Of a stretch of 53,978 bases of DNA, positions 1 to 10,154 are shown one piece after another. Made by a program: the position numbers and the translations under genes. Source of the stretch: a virus (lineage: Duplodnaviria > Caudoviricetes); IMG/VR virus record IMGVR_UViG_3300035703_004045, positions 1 to 53,978 of that record. The stretch is one strand, 5' to 3'. The notes under the pieces were generated by a model. It made no database searches and was not told the origin of the DNA. It saw only the letters and a list, made by a program, of their open reading frames with translations. Position 1 is the stretch's first letter. Every line of letters starts with the position of its first letter.

Positions 1-3000
1 TCATGCTGCACCTCCCTGAAAGGCAGATGTAGGCACCAGGAAGATGACGGCGACCGGGAAGGTGCGGTCGTTGAGTTTGGCGTAGCGGGTTTCGATGGCT
101 TCAGCCTCCTGCTGGCGCTCGGCCGGAATGCGGGCAAGACGCGCTTCCAGTGCGGCGGTATCGCGTCTGAGCTGTGTTCGTTCATCCTCCGAGAACAGCG
201 AAAGCTGCACCGGCTGCTGATCTTTCTTTAGTTCGGTTTGAATAGCCTTTTCTAGCTCATTGAGCACGGTGCCGATGTCGGCCACTTCCTGCTGTTTGCG
301 GGATTGCAGGGTGTTGGTCAGGAACTTGAGGCGGTCTTTCGACCTGGTATCGACCGCCTGCAAGATGGCGCTCTGTGCATGGTCGAAGCGGACGCGGATG
401 GCATCAAACAGAGAGTCTGCAGCGGTCAGCGGCTTGGCTTGATCCAGCCATTGCTGGACTTTGGTGACGCCTTCTTCGCGGCGGAATGCTTTGTCGCCCA
501 GATAACCACCGGCTACCGTCAGTTCTTCGTGAAGGCGATGATGATTGCCGCCAGTGACGACCAGCCGCGAGATGACGACCACGGCAGGCCCGTCGATCAG
601 GGCGTCTGGCACCGAACGCACGGTGACGCGATGCAACTTCTTCACATCGTCTTGCGCCCAGACCTCGGCGCGCAGCAAGCGCAGGCACATCTGCACCAGT
701 CGGTGGTTCAGGTGAACCAGCACTACATCGTCACGCCCGGTGGCGACGGCATGATCGAAGGTGATGGGCCGAATTTGCAGTGTGTGGGGGTGACGCAAGC
801 CTTCGAGGCAGCGCGCCCATGAGCCCGACAGCGCAGGCATCTTGAATACAGTGCCAGCAGGGGCATCGGCCAAGGCAAACGGCTCAAGCGGTGGGCGGCC
901 TGCCAACTTGAGGCCCGTCTTGACCGCCATGAGGATGTGCTCTGGCGTGAGGTGAAAATCCTGCTGCGTGGTCAGAAGCCGTTCGTGCAGCTTGGCTACG
1001 CGGTCTTTCAGTTCGCGCTCGGCACGCACGAAGCGTCTGGCCTTGGCGATCTTGGCTTCAGCAAGGCGGGTGTCGAGGTCTTTGAGCGAGCCTTCGATCA
1101 GCCCTGACATCTGCGGCGCAATGACTGGGTTGACGCTACCCATGTCTGCACGCATGGATTCGAGCTTTCGCAGCGCCCGGATGATGTCGTCGCCGTGACC
1201 ACCGATGGTTGCTTTGCCCTGTTCGCCACCATCGACGGGGTGCCAGATCAATACTTCCTTCTCGCGCTGGCCGTGCCGGTCGATACGACCGTTGCGCTGC
1301 TCCATCACATTGGGGTTGTAAGGGATCTCCAGATGGATGAGGCAGTTACAGTGGTTCTGCAAGTCGATACCTTCGGAGGCGGCATCGGTGGCCAGCAGGA
1401 TACGGACCGCTGAATCTTTGGGCGATGTCTGGAAGGCGGCTTTGACTTTCTCGCGCTCGTCCTGCGCCATACCACCGTGTAGGATGTCCAGTCGATCGCC
1501 ACCGAAACCGTGGCTGGCGAGGATCTCATGCATCCACTGGTGGGTGGTGCGGTATTCGGTGAATAAGATGACCCGACGGTCATTCCACTGACCGTCGGTC
1601 TTGAGGTTGACCTTGAGCCAGTCGAGGATGGCCTTGGCTTTTGCATCGACCTGGTTCTTAGCAGTCTGTGCCCATGACCGCAGTTCGTTCAGCATTTGTT
1701 GCTGCTCTGCTGTGAGCGGTTGCGCACGACGTGAGGCCTCTTCGACGGCCTCGGACTGTGCGTTTTCGACCTCCTGGTCGTTGGCATAGTCTTCTTCGAC
1801 CCGCAAGATGGCTTTGCGCAAAATGCGGTCGGCCATCGCATCCTTGTCCTTGCGCTGGCTGCCATTGGCCAGACTGGCAACGTGCTTCTCAAGGGTGGAT
1901 GCGAAAGCAGCGGGAGAAGAAAAGAGCCGCTTCTTGAGCAACTGGTTGACGAACGACGTGCCGAATGCATTGCCGACCTTTTCGGCATCCTGCTCGCGGC
2001 TTGCGCAGTAGTCGTTCAGTGTTTGGTGAATGGCGCGCTCTTGTGGGGAGTACGAGGCCAGCAGCGCTTGCAATTTGCGCTGTGCATAGAGCGGCTTGCC
2101 TTCGGCATCGACCAGATCGCTTTTGAGGCGACGGATCATGACGTGACCCAACTGCTTTTCATCGGGCAGGATGTTTCGAGCGAAACGCTGGTCGTCCAGC
2201 AACTCCAGCAGCGAAGTGAAGGATTCGGTGTAACCGTTGTGAGGGGTGGCCGTCAGAAACAGGCGATGCTGGAAGTGTGGACTAATGGAGCGGATGAAGC
2301 GTGTGCGCTGGCTCTCCAGCGCGTAGTTCGCACCGGCAGCCGGGGCGATGTTGTGTGCTTCATCGACGACCAGCATGTCGAACTTGCGCGGGTAGCTGGT
2401 GTGTGCGGGCAGGGCGTCGCGCATGGCGCGCAGTCCTTCGCCGCTCTTGACCCAGTCCATAGACGCGATTAGACGTGGATGGGAAGTCCAGGGATTGGCA
2501 TGGATGCCGCGATCGCGGCGCAACTGCTTGATGTAGGCCGTGTCGACAACACGGAAATCAAGGCCAAACTTTTCCAGCATCTCGACACGCCACTTTTCTT
2601 GCAGCGATGCGGGGCAGATGATCAGGACGGTGCGAGCACGGTGCCGCAGCAGCATCTCCTGGATGACTAGACCGGCCTCAATGGTCTTGCCCAAGCCGAC
2701 GTCATCGGCGATGAGCAGATTGACGCGGGCCATATTGATGGCGCGTACCAGCGGGTCAAGCTGGAAGTCCTCAATGCTGACACCACTGCGAAATGGCGCT
2801 TGTAAAAAGCCTCTATCTGCATTGGTAGCAGCACCCCAGCGAACCGCATCAAGAAAGGCTTTGAGTGTGTCGGAGTCATCTTGACCGGTGATCGTTGGCA
2901 GCCCCGCACGTTCAATGACTTGCGCACCTGGTTCTATCTCCCAGATAACTTCAAGCTCTTCACCCAAACCGTCCTCATCAATAGAGGACAGCGTTACCAA

Positions 3001-3141
3001 GTTCTGTTGCGCAGAACTTGAATTCAAAGTGGATGAGACGACTTCAGCGACAACCCACTGGCGCCTCCTGACTTCGACCAGCTGTCCAGGCTCCGGACTG
3101 GTGCAGTAGGTGTGTTTTTGCTGTACAGCTGGTGTCTTCAT
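1..3141 (-). CDS. drmD: SNF2-like helicase, DISARM DrmD type
   Basis: 1046 aa; LIADDVGLGKT (Walker A), VVDEAH, TATP, LATDAASEGIDL, QRNGRIDR; N-terminus PEPGQLVEVRRRQWVV and size resemble DrmD. Confidence 0.8.
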   Translation of the reverse strand: MKTPAVQQKHTYCTSPEPGQLVEVRRRQWVVAEVVSSTLNSSSAQQNLVTLSSIDEDGLGEELEVIWEIEPGAQVIERAGLPTITGQDDSDTLKAFLDAVRWGAATNADRGFLQAPFRSGVSIEDFQLDPLVRAINMARVNLLIADDVGLGKTIEAGLVIQEMLLRHRARTVLIICPASLQEKWRVEMLEKFGLDFRVVDTAYIKQLRRDRGIHANPWTSHPRLIASMDWVKSGEGLRAMRDALPAHTSYPRKFDMLVVDEAHNIAPAAGANYALESQRTRFIRSISPHFQHRLFLTATPHNGYTESFTSLLELLDDQRFARNILPDEKQLGHVMIRRLKSDLVDAEGKPLYAQRKLQALLASYSPQERAIHQTLNDYCASREQDAEKVGNAFGTSFVNQLLKKRLFSSPAAFASTLEKHVASLANGSQRKDKDAMADRILRKAILRVEEDYANDQEVENAQSEAVEEASRRAQPLTAEQQQMLNELRSWAQTAKNQVDAKAKAILDWLKVNLKTDGQWNDRRVILFTEYRTTHQWMHEILASHGFGGDRLDILHGGMAQDEREKVKAAFQTSPKDSAVRILLATDAASEGIDLQNHCNCLIHLEIPYNPNVMEQRNGRIDRHGQREKEVLIWHPVDGGEQGKATIGGHGDDIIRALRKLESMRADMGSVNPVIAPQMSGLIEGSLKDLDTRLAEAKIAKARRFVRAERELKDRVAKLHERLLTTQQDFHLTPEHILMAVKTGLKLAGRPPLEPFALADAPAGTVFKMPALSGSWARCLEGLRHPHTLQIRPITFDHAVATGRDDVVLVHLNHRLVQMCLRLLRAEVWAQDDVKKLHRVTVRSVPDALIDGPAVVVISRLVVTGGNHHRLHEELTVAGGYLGDKAFRREEGVTKVQQWLDQAKPLTAADSLFDAIRVRFDHAQSAILQAVDTRSKDRLKFLTNTLQSRKQQEVADIGTVLNELEKAIQTELKKDQQPVQLSLFSEDERTQLRRDTAALEARLARIPAERQQEAEAIETRYAKLNDRTFPVAVIFLVPTSAFQGGAA

Positions 3142-3162
3142 GGGTTATGTTTTGATTTTTTG

Positions 3163-4212
3163 TTAATTCAATGCATTTGGTCGAATTTCAGATAAATGTG
3201 ATTTTATGCTGCGGGCTATGGCGCGTCCGAGTTCCACCGGAACAGCGTTGCCAATAAGCCTACCTAAAATGGTGAAGCAAACATCTTCATCATCTTGAAC
3301 AAATTTGTATTTATCTGGAAAACTTTGTAGTATTGCTGCCTCGCGCAATGAAATTGCACGATCTTGATCAGGGTGGCCAAATCTACCATTTCCAAACCCG
3401 TAACACTGCGTAGTCATAGTTGGAGCTGGTTTATCCCATTCCATGCGACCATACACACTTGAAAAAGTTTTACCACTATCCTCTTTGTGACAATCCGCAA
3501 TTAAATCTTTTGGCCAATCACGCCAAGTCCCCCCCGGTTTTGAAACTTTAATCCTTTCAAGATTTTTTTTCGATAAATTACTTGAGGTGTGCATTTTGTC
3601 CATAGGGTCAGTTTCACCAGAAACTAATGGACGTAGCCCCCCAATCACTTGGCGAACAGTCTTGTTTTTTGTAGAAGTTGGTTCAATCAGTTTGATCGAG
3701 CCATGTCTAGATGCTAGTAGTACCATACGTCGACGCGCCTGAGGTACGCCATATCGTGAGCTATCAACTACATCAAACCATACGTTGTAACCAATATCTT
3801 TCAATGAATTTACGAAGTCACCAAAAACTTTGTGTTTTGCAACTGTTGGAACATTTTCCATAGTGATTACGTCAGGTCGATTGCCTTGCGCTAACCGAGA
3901 AAATTCGTATAGAAGACCCCATTTCCCGTCTTTTGAATTCAACTTGTAGCGGTGTGCATACGTGGAAAATGGTTGACAAGGTGCGCATCCGGCAAGAATT
4001 TTAAATTCAGCATCACCAAACAAATCCTCTAAATCAGTACCATGGACTTTACTAACATCCTTTTCAATAAACTTAGCGTTATTGTTAGATTCGTAGGGGA
4101 AACGACAAGCAGGGTCTAGGTCGATGCCAGCAACCACTGGTAAGCCCTCAAGTACGAAGCCATGGGTCAGTCCTCCGGCACCACAGAAGAGATCAACACA
4201 AGAAGTTTTCAT
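3163..4212 (-). CDS. DNA (cytosine-5) methyltransferase
   Basis: Ordered C5-MTase motifs DLFCGAGG, GCAPCQ, MENV, PQARRR, GNAVP; visibly AT-richer than neighbours. Confidence 0.95.
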   Translation of the reverse strand: MKTSCVDLFCGAGGLTHGFVLEGLPVVAGIDLDPACRFPYESNNNAKFIEKDVSKVHGTDLEDLFGDAEFKILAGCAPCQPFSTYAHRYKLNSKDGKWGLLYEFSRLAQGNRPDVITMENVPTVAKHKVFGDFVNSLKDIGYNVWFDVVDSSRYGVPQARRRMVLLASRHGSIKLIEPTSTKNKTVRQVIGGLRPLVSGETDPMDKMHTSSNLSKKNLERIKVSKPGGTWRDWPKDLIADCHKEDSGKTFSSVYGRMEWDKPAPTMTTQCYGFGNGRFGHPDQDRAISLREAAILQSFPDKYKFVQDDEDVCFTILGRLIGNAVPVELGRAIARSIKSHLSEIRPNALN

Positions 4213-4400
4213 TGTTTACAGAGTACTCAATTTGTTTCGACAAAGGTATATGGCCATCAAAAGCAAGAGATTGCAAGCGAATTTTTTGGCGAATTGAACC
4301 ACAAACAGCAGTGTTTAATCCTTACCCTCTTGATTATTCCTGCTATTTAGTTAGTGACTTCAAACTTCACTACTTTTTAATGCTTATTACCGCATTTTGA

Positions 4401-4877
4401 TCACCCCCGCACCCGATCAAACACCCGTCCCAGAAACCAAAAATTTAGCACCCCCGCCCAAAGCGCCTGATCTGCCTCCGTCCACACCAACAAGGTAGCC
4501 GCCCCCCAATCAGCCCCAGTGCCAACAGCCCCCACAAACCCCGCTGTCTTGGCCGCACAATACAGCGCCATGAACCAGTAAGTAATAACCGGCCGCACAC
4601 TGCAAGACAAAGCATCAGCCCAGCCAACCCCGGTCTTTTCACCTTGGCTGCGAACCGCCTCCTGCAGCGTTTGTACTGATGCAGCATCCCAAGCCGCATG
4701 TGCTTGGGCATTGATTTCTGTCGATCGTTGCGTTCCGCGCACTTTCTCCAATTCCAGTGCCTTGTCCTGCATCGCCAGTTCATGACCACGCTCATTGTTA
4801 CGATCCATCCATTTCAGAATTTCCGGAGCCAGACGAAAGGTGCCCCCCATCAAACCACCCAGGAGTGTTTCAATCAT
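4401..4877 (-). CDS. Phage membrane protein, holin-like
   Basis: Hydrophobic segments, VRPVITY and C-terminal LNFWFLGR; last gene of late operon. Confidence 0.55.
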   Translation of the reverse strand: MIETLLGGLMGGTFRLAPEILKWMDRNNERGHELAMQDKALELEKVRGTQRSTEINAQAHAAWDAASVQTLQEAVRSQGEKTGVGWADALSCSVRPVITYWFMALYCAAKTAGFVGAVGTGADWGAATLLVWTEADQALWAGVLNFWFLGRVFDRVRG

Positions 4878-5188
4878 TGCCCACCTCCAAACAATTTGAG
4901 TTTAATCACCGCCCCAGTCACCAAAGCCAGCAGCAACCCGGTCGTCATGGCTTTGACGACCGTGCGCCAGGCGGTGAGCCGAGCTTCACGCCAGGCATCG
5001 AGTAAATCCCGCAGCGCTCGAATATCCCGCGCGGCATCTGCGCCATCCAACCCCACCTCATGCAAAGCATGGCGCGCACCCCGTTCAGCGGCACGTTCCA
5101 GCAAAGTCTCAAACTCAGGCTTCGGCACCGTAATCATCTTGCGGCGCTCGCCCACATCACCCGTCAATACTCCATCATCAGCCATCAC
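4874..5188 (-). CDS. Phage protein with C-terminal transmembrane segment (DUF6127-like)
   Basis: LLERAAERGAR...DIRALRDLLDAWR; C-terminal hydrophobic helix; 4-nt overlap with next gene. Confidence 0.7.
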   Translation of the reverse strand: MMADDGVLTGDVGERRKMITVPKPEFETLLERAAERGARHALHEVGLDGADAARDIRALRDLLDAWREARLTAWRTVVKAMTTGLLLALVTGAVIKLKLFGGGQ

Positions 5189-5205
5189 AGTCTCCTTCTC
5201 ACCAT

Positions 5206-5236
5206 AAAAAAAGCCCCGAAACCGAAGTCACGGAGC
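5206..5236 (-). terminator. Intrinsic terminator between tail genes and membrane genes
   Basis: Minus strand GCTCCGTGAC-TTCG-GTTTCGGGGC followed by T7. Confidence 0.65.
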
Positions 5237-5247
5237 CAATGCTTGCC

Positions 5248-5469
5248 TTACACCTCAATCAGCACCACTGGCAACTCAGGTGCCACTGCCTCAATCAAGC
5301 CATTGCGCACCAGCACCATCTGACCGGGTTGAGCGTTACCGCGCACATGCAAACGGCTCTTGTCCGGTAACTCCACTGTCACAGTTCCGTTATGCAGTGC
5401 CACCACCTTGCCAGCTTGCAGTGGTGCCTCGGGTAGCAGAGACTTGAACACCTGATACAGATTACGCAT
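5248..5469 (-). CDS. Small phage tail-associated protein
   Basis: 73 aa, overlaps upstream tail gene, beta-rich. Confidence 0.65.
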   Translation of the reverse strand: MRNLYQVFKSLLPEAPLQAGKVVALHNGTVTVELPDKSRLHVRGNAQPGQMVLVRNGLIEAVAPELPVVLIEV

Positions 5470-7378
5470 AGGTTTGCACTCCTAAGGTTTGCCAGACTTC
5501 CGGTAAACCCACCTCTACCTGCACCGAGCGCACGATTCCGATGCGTTGGTTGTGCTCGGTGGGTCTGCCCATTTTTGTATTCACCATCCGATCGTCGTAC
5601 TGCACCAGGGCACCCGGCACAATAATGCCGATATCGTCCAGCACCGGCAAACGCAGGCCAACCTCCATTTGCCGCCCGGTATCTGATAACACCGCCAGAC
5701 CACGCTGGCGCGCTGCCTCGCTGGCAGTGATGAGCCTGTCTACCACCATCGGTGCCAGCACATCTCCAGCCGTGCCACTGCGGGTCACTTGCCCCAGAAC
5801 CCCAACGCTCTCGCCACTGACAAACACTCGGTTGTAATGCGGCTTCTCTTGAAGCTGCAAGGTTTCTTGCGAAGCGACATCGGCAGTGAGCACATAGTCG
5901 GGGGTCAGCTGCTGCCATTGCCAGGGCGGTACGGGGTAGCGTGGCAAGACGCGGATCAAATCGAGGGTTGGATGCGGTTGCAAATAAGCACCCACTGCAG
6001 CAGCAATGCGTTGCAGGGCACTGATAGCGCTGCCTTGGTGGCTAAAGACTGCGGCAGGTACCAGCCAGTCCTGTATGTTCCACTCCAGATCCCAACCGAT
6101 GGAGGCACCATTGACCGTTAGCACATCAGCCATCAATTGCCGAGCCGTTCGTGCCTGGCTGTTGCTGTAGGTTTGAACCGGCGCATACGGACTATCCAGC
6201 AAGGCAGACACACCACGCCCCTGAATCCGCACTTCCGCTTTACCAAAGCTGCGGCTGCGCTGCATGCGCTCCAGTAACCAGCGCCAACGGTAACCATTGA
6301 GCGAGGCTTCCAGCGCAATCGGCTCCAGGTTCGCACGCGTTTGCAATAAATCCCAGGCTTCGCCCGATAACACCGCATTCAAGCCCCACGTCCAGGAATC
6401 CACATCCAAACTGCACGACAGACTGATGACCGGTAAAGGAACATCACCGTCGATGCGCCTCAGTGATGCCTGATTCAACACCATATAAACCCTCCGAACT
6501 GCAACGATGCTTGTGGGTGTTATATGCCCATCACACGGTGACTTACCACCAAAGACCAGACCAGCCAATCCTGAGATTGGCAGACACTGAAACAGCAAAT
6601 GCGTATCGACCCACTGCGGTATTTGAACTGGCGTGGGTGGCATTGGCTTGAGGTAACTGCGACCAGACCGACCCAAACCCGCCAACACCCAGGACGACTG
6701 CAGTGCATGCACGCCACGGTTAAAGACTCCTTTACCGCTGGGGGAGTAGCGATGCGTCACCCTGGATAGTGCTACCTGCCAGAAGTCTTGTTGCATTGAA
6801 CTGTGAAAGACACCGGCTTGGATACCACTCTGGCTGGCACGGTGCATGCACTCCGAATTCGTATACGCAGACCTTTTGTTGCGGTGGATAAACCAAGCAG
6901 ACTGCTGCAGCGCGCTGCAGATCAAGGAGTGCTGCAAAGCAAGGCGATGCAGTGCGTTAGCTTCTGAGTCAACGAACTGCGAATGTCTGCTGCGGTTGCA
7001 ATGCCTAGCAGATGCAGCATGCGCCACTTGCAATGGCAAGGTGGCCGACTTAAGTTGAGACTGGCTCAAACCCCAATGGTTGCTCTGGTCATGGGTGTTC
7101 GGCCTGGCTGCTTGGTGCGTGACCAGACAGCGGCAATCCCGGTACGGCAGCACCCGGTTGTCGTAGTATACCTGTGCCTGCACTGTGACACCCGATACCA
7201 ATAACGTCGCCACTACGCGCACGGGCTGCGAGGCCAGCGCTTGTACCTGGACTGCCGCTACTGCAACAGCAATCCCAGCCTGACGCCGTGGTGGAACAAA
7301 GGTGTTGTCACCGAATAACAGGTCAGTAAAACCTGCGGGTGGCTGTTCAAACACCAGATCAGCATCAATGCTGGTCAT
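5462..7378 (-). CDS. Phage tail/baseplate hub-like protein
   Basis: 638 aa in tail operon, coupled to both neighbours; function from position only. Confidence 0.65.
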   Translation of the reverse strand: MTSIDADLVFEQPPAGFTDLLFGDNTFVPPRRQAGIAVAVAAVQVQALASQPVRVVATLLVSGVTVQAQVYYDNRVLPYRDCRCLVTHQAARPNTHDQSNHWGLSQSQLKSATLPLQVAHAASARHCNRSRHSQFVDSEANALHRLALQHSLICSALQQSAWFIHRNKRSAYTNSECMHRASQSGIQAGVFHSSMQQDFWQVALSRVTHRYSPSGKGVFNRGVHALQSSWVLAGLGRSGRSYLKPMPPTPVQIPQWVDTHLLFQCLPISGLAGLVFGGKSPCDGHITPTSIVAVRRVYMVLNQASLRRIDGDVPLPVISLSCSLDVDSWTWGLNAVLSGEAWDLLQTRANLEPIALEASLNGYRWRWLLERMQRSRSFGKAEVRIQGRGVSALLDSPYAPVQTYSNSQARTARQLMADVLTVNGASIGWDLEWNIQDWLVPAAVFSHQGSAISALQRIAAAVGAYLQPHPTLDLIRVLPRYPVPPWQWQQLTPDYVLTADVASQETLQLQEKPHYNRVFVSGESVGVLGQVTRSGTAGDVLAPMVVDRLITASEAARQRGLAVLSDTGRQMEVGLRLPVLDDIGIIVPGALVQYDDRMVNTKMGRPTEHNQRIGIVRSVQVEVGLPEVWQTLGVQTYA

Positions 7379-7783
7379 TTACTGCTCAGTGATGGTGCAA
7401 GACAATAGCTGCAACTCACCACCGGAATAGATCTTGGTATCGGACACCCATACTGGGGCATTGCTGTCCATCAGACCCACACTCAAATCCATGATGCCGC
7501 CAGTGTCACCATCAAAGAACCGTGCCCAGCCAATGATGCCGGTTTTGATGCAATGCACCGACAAGGGGGTGGTGAGTGTCAAGGTGGCGATACCATCTAA
7601 CACTGCCACCACGCCAGCGGGTTGGGCTAGCGGTATAGAGGCCAGCAAGGCATGGCTGGTGGGTTGTTCGCATTTTGCAGGGGCGGAGCCGGCATAGAAG
7701 TCGAGGCGAGCACCGGCCTCCATCAATGCCAGCAGTGCAGACAGACGCGCCTGGCGTGCAGCCATGGACAGGGTTGCCAGCAT
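7379..7783 (-). CDS. Phage tail-associated hypothetical protein
   Basis: 134 aa, AGGAG RBS, in tail operon. Confidence 0.65.
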   Translation of the reverse strand: MLATLSMAARQARLSALLALMEAGARLDFYAGSAPAKCEQPTSHALLASIPLAQPAGVVAVLDGIATLTLTTPLSVHCIKTGIIGWARFFDGDTGGIMDLSVGLMDSNAPVWVSDTKIYSGGELQLLSCTITEQ

Positions 7784-7792
7784 GTGGGTCTC

Positions 7793-8839
7793 CTAGGGTG
7801 TGCTGGAAGTGGTTGGGATGGTGGTTGGTAATGTCAATGTGCCCGAGGTAGCACGTTGCCCGTTGGCAATCACCGCCCGGTACATGCCGGTATAGTCGTA
7901 GCTGATGATGCTGTAGCGCAAATGTGGGTCGATGTTGTCAAACACATAGACACCGGTCTGCGCGTCACTCCAGACCTCGCGTGTCATGACTTTGCTGGTT
8001 TCGTCATAGAGTTGCACGCGCCTTTGTACCGGCACATCGGGTGTGCCTTTTTCTTTGACGGTACCTACAATACGACCGTTGCCACCAAACACATAATCGC
8101 GCCGGGTCAGGGTGGCACCGGCAAAGCGGGGTGGTGCGGGGTCCGGAAGGGTCAGTTGCGGCAAGTTGCTGTCGGTGCGACCGAGGATTGCGGGGAAAGC
8201 ACGATAGGTCGTATCCGCACCCTTTAATGCCAGTCGCGCCGCTGCCTCAATCGCTTGAACATCATCGAACGTAGCCACACCCGACCAAACACCAAGCGCA
8301 TGCAAATATTCATCGGCATCAAGGTTGTACTCGTTACCGTTGCCACCATAGCCAACTTGTCCAATTTGGTTCATCGTGTGACCACTGCCGATAGGGTTGC
8401 CAACCAAGTTTCCATCGACATAAAGAATGGAGTCCACGCCCCTTGTCACCATTGCCACAAAATATCGCTTCCCAATCTCGCCGTAACGACCGTAATTAGC
8501 ATGTGCGTTGTTACTTTGCGAATACCACCCATTGCCATCACTGGATAGGTGCAGGGCATAGCCACTGGTACTGTTGGGCGCATCTGATAGCAAAACATTC
8601 CGTCGCTTTGGAGTCCAGAATCCCGCAATCACACCCGTACTCGGAACCGGAACAGGGGTGGTCAGCAGCATGGGGTTGCCATTGCCTGCAACACCGATAA
8701 ATGCGTAGTCGTAAACCGATAACGCACTGGTTGCGGTAATGTGGTTCTCACCCACGCCATCGAGCAACTTTGCCCCGTCAATTCGGGTTGCGTCCCAGGC
8801 CGCAATCGGTGTTAATGAAGGTGCAGCGTTCCACCACAT
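7793..8839 (-). CDS. Putative tail fibre/receptor-binding protein (LamG-like N-domain, Ig-like C-domain)
   Basis: Start moved to MWWNAAP, 1 nt after upstream stop; LYVDG LamG-like segment; C-terminal GRIVGTVKE...GVYVFDNI. Confidence 0.55.
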   Translation of the reverse strand: MWWNAAPSLTPIAAWDATRIDGAKLLDGVGENHITATSALSVYDYAFIGVAGNGNPMLLTTPVPVPSTGVIAGFWTPKRRNVLLSDAPNSTSGYALHLSSDGNGWYSQSNNAHANYGRYGEIGKRYFVAMVTRGVDSILYVDGNLVGNPIGSGHTMNQIGQVGYGGNGNEYNLDADEYLHALGVWSGVATFDDVQAIEAAARLALKGADTTYRAFPAILGRTDSNLPQLTLPDPAPPRFAGATLTRRDYVFGGNGRIVGTVKEKGTPDVPVQRRVQLYDETSKVMTREVWSDAQTGVYVFDNIDPHLRYSIISYDYTGMYRAVIANGQRATSGTLTLPTTIPTTSSTP

Positions 8840-8840
8840 A

Positions 8841-10121
8841 TCACCACCACGGCCCGGTAATGTCCAGCGCCATAGCTGCACACGCACCTTGATTTTCGTA
8901 GCCCATCTTGACCATGAGGAACTTGCGCCCGGCATAGCCAACTACGTTCTCCACAATATCTAAATCTTGCAACGGGTAGTCGTTATGCACCCACATGAGT
9001 CCAGGCAATTTGCCGCGCAAACCCTTACCCCCTTCCTGCATCAGATAGGTCGGGTGCAGAATCAGCGAATAATCCACCGGATTGGGAAACGGGATGCCAG
9101 TGGCGCGACCACTGATGGTTTGCCCGTTATTGGTATTCAGCGATGTCAGCCCGACCCGCTGATTTCCTCCCAGCAGCGTATGGTCGCGCATCAAGATCTT
9201 GCCGGTGTAGTCGAGTGAGCGGTTGAACCAGTTATTGGTATCACCCCACGAGGTCGCACCATTGGCCGTAGTAAAGAAGTCAGACGCAGCCAACAGGGTG
9301 TTGTACGGATCGCCCTGACGAAAGCTCTCAAAGTCGGTAAAGCAATAGCCAGTTCTGCCATTGCCGCCACCTGTGGTGCCGTACTCGTTAAACAAATAAA
9401 AGCCCCGGTCGTCACCCACCAATACCCAGGGGCGACTGTAGTTTTCAATACCGGCACGCGCGGTGTCGCCGACCCACTGGTACATGTAAGAGCATTTGGC
9501 GTAGTACCATTTGTACCAGCCATCGACCACGGCTTCGCCTTCACCACTGGTGTGCCAGTTTTTATTCGGAGCCAGTGGATCAAACGGCGCTTGTGCCCCG
9601 ACCACGGTATCGATATCGGTCATGTCTTGCGCCATGCCGACCTTGGCTTTTTTGGCATAGGCGGTGTTATAGGCTGGCGCACAATCATTATCGACGCGCA
9701 AGTAAGGTCGGTTACTCAGCACGTTCTTACTGCGGTACACCGCTTTGTTGGTGCTACTGAACACCTTCTCAAAGCCCAACGGTGCAGCTTTGACTGTCAT
9801 GCTGTCGCCGGTGGCAGGTGTAGCAGGATTGCCTGCAATAGCATAGCTAAAGGTGGTGCCCGTCACTGTTAGCACCCGTACCTCGCCGATGTACTCTGTT
9901 TGCTCGGCACCCGAGATCAGCAGCACCTGATCAACCTGGTATAAGTGCCCACCATCTATCGTGACAGTAGCGATGCCATTGGCACTGCTGATGCTGGTGA
10001 TGGGTTTAAGGTTGAAGCCGTTCACCAGACAGGCATCGAGCAAGTCGACTAAACAACCCCAGCTATTGGTCAATTGCGGGGCGCCTTGCATTACGTTGGT
10101 GAAGTATTTAACCGCAGTCAT
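8841..10121 (-). CDS. Phage tail fibre-like protein
   Basis: Start at MTAVKYF with AAGGA RBS; GAPQL...LDACLVNGF N-terminus typical of tail proteins. Confidence 0.6.
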   Translation of the reverse strand: MTAVKYFTNVMQGAPQLTNSWGCLVDLLDACLVNGFNLKPITSISSANGIATVTIDGGHLYQVDQVLLISGAEQTEYIGEVRVLTVTGTTFSYAIAGNPATPATGDSMTVKAAPLGFEKVFSSTNKAVYRSKNVLSNRPYLRVDNDCAPAYNTAYAKKAKVGMAQDMTDIDTVVGAQAPFDPLAPNKNWHTSGEGEAVVDGWYKWYYAKCSYMYQWVGDTARAGIENYSRPWVLVGDDRGFYLFNEYGTTGGGNGRTGYCFTDFESFRQGDPYNTLLAASDFFTTANGATSWGDTNNWFNRSLDYTGKILMRDHTLLGGNQRVGLTSLNTNNGQTISGRATGIPFPNPVDYSLILHPTYLMQEGGKGLRGKLPGLMWVHNDYPLQDLDIVENVVGYAGRKFLMVKMGYENQGACAAMALDITGPWW

Positions 10122-10154
10122 GGTGAGTTCCTTGGTATGTTGATTTGAAGTCAA

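Noticed and set aside
4213-4400. Prophage attachment site in the AT-rich gap
   Set aside because: No matching repeat seen at the other end, the right boundary is outside the window, and serine-integrase cores are too short to call by eye
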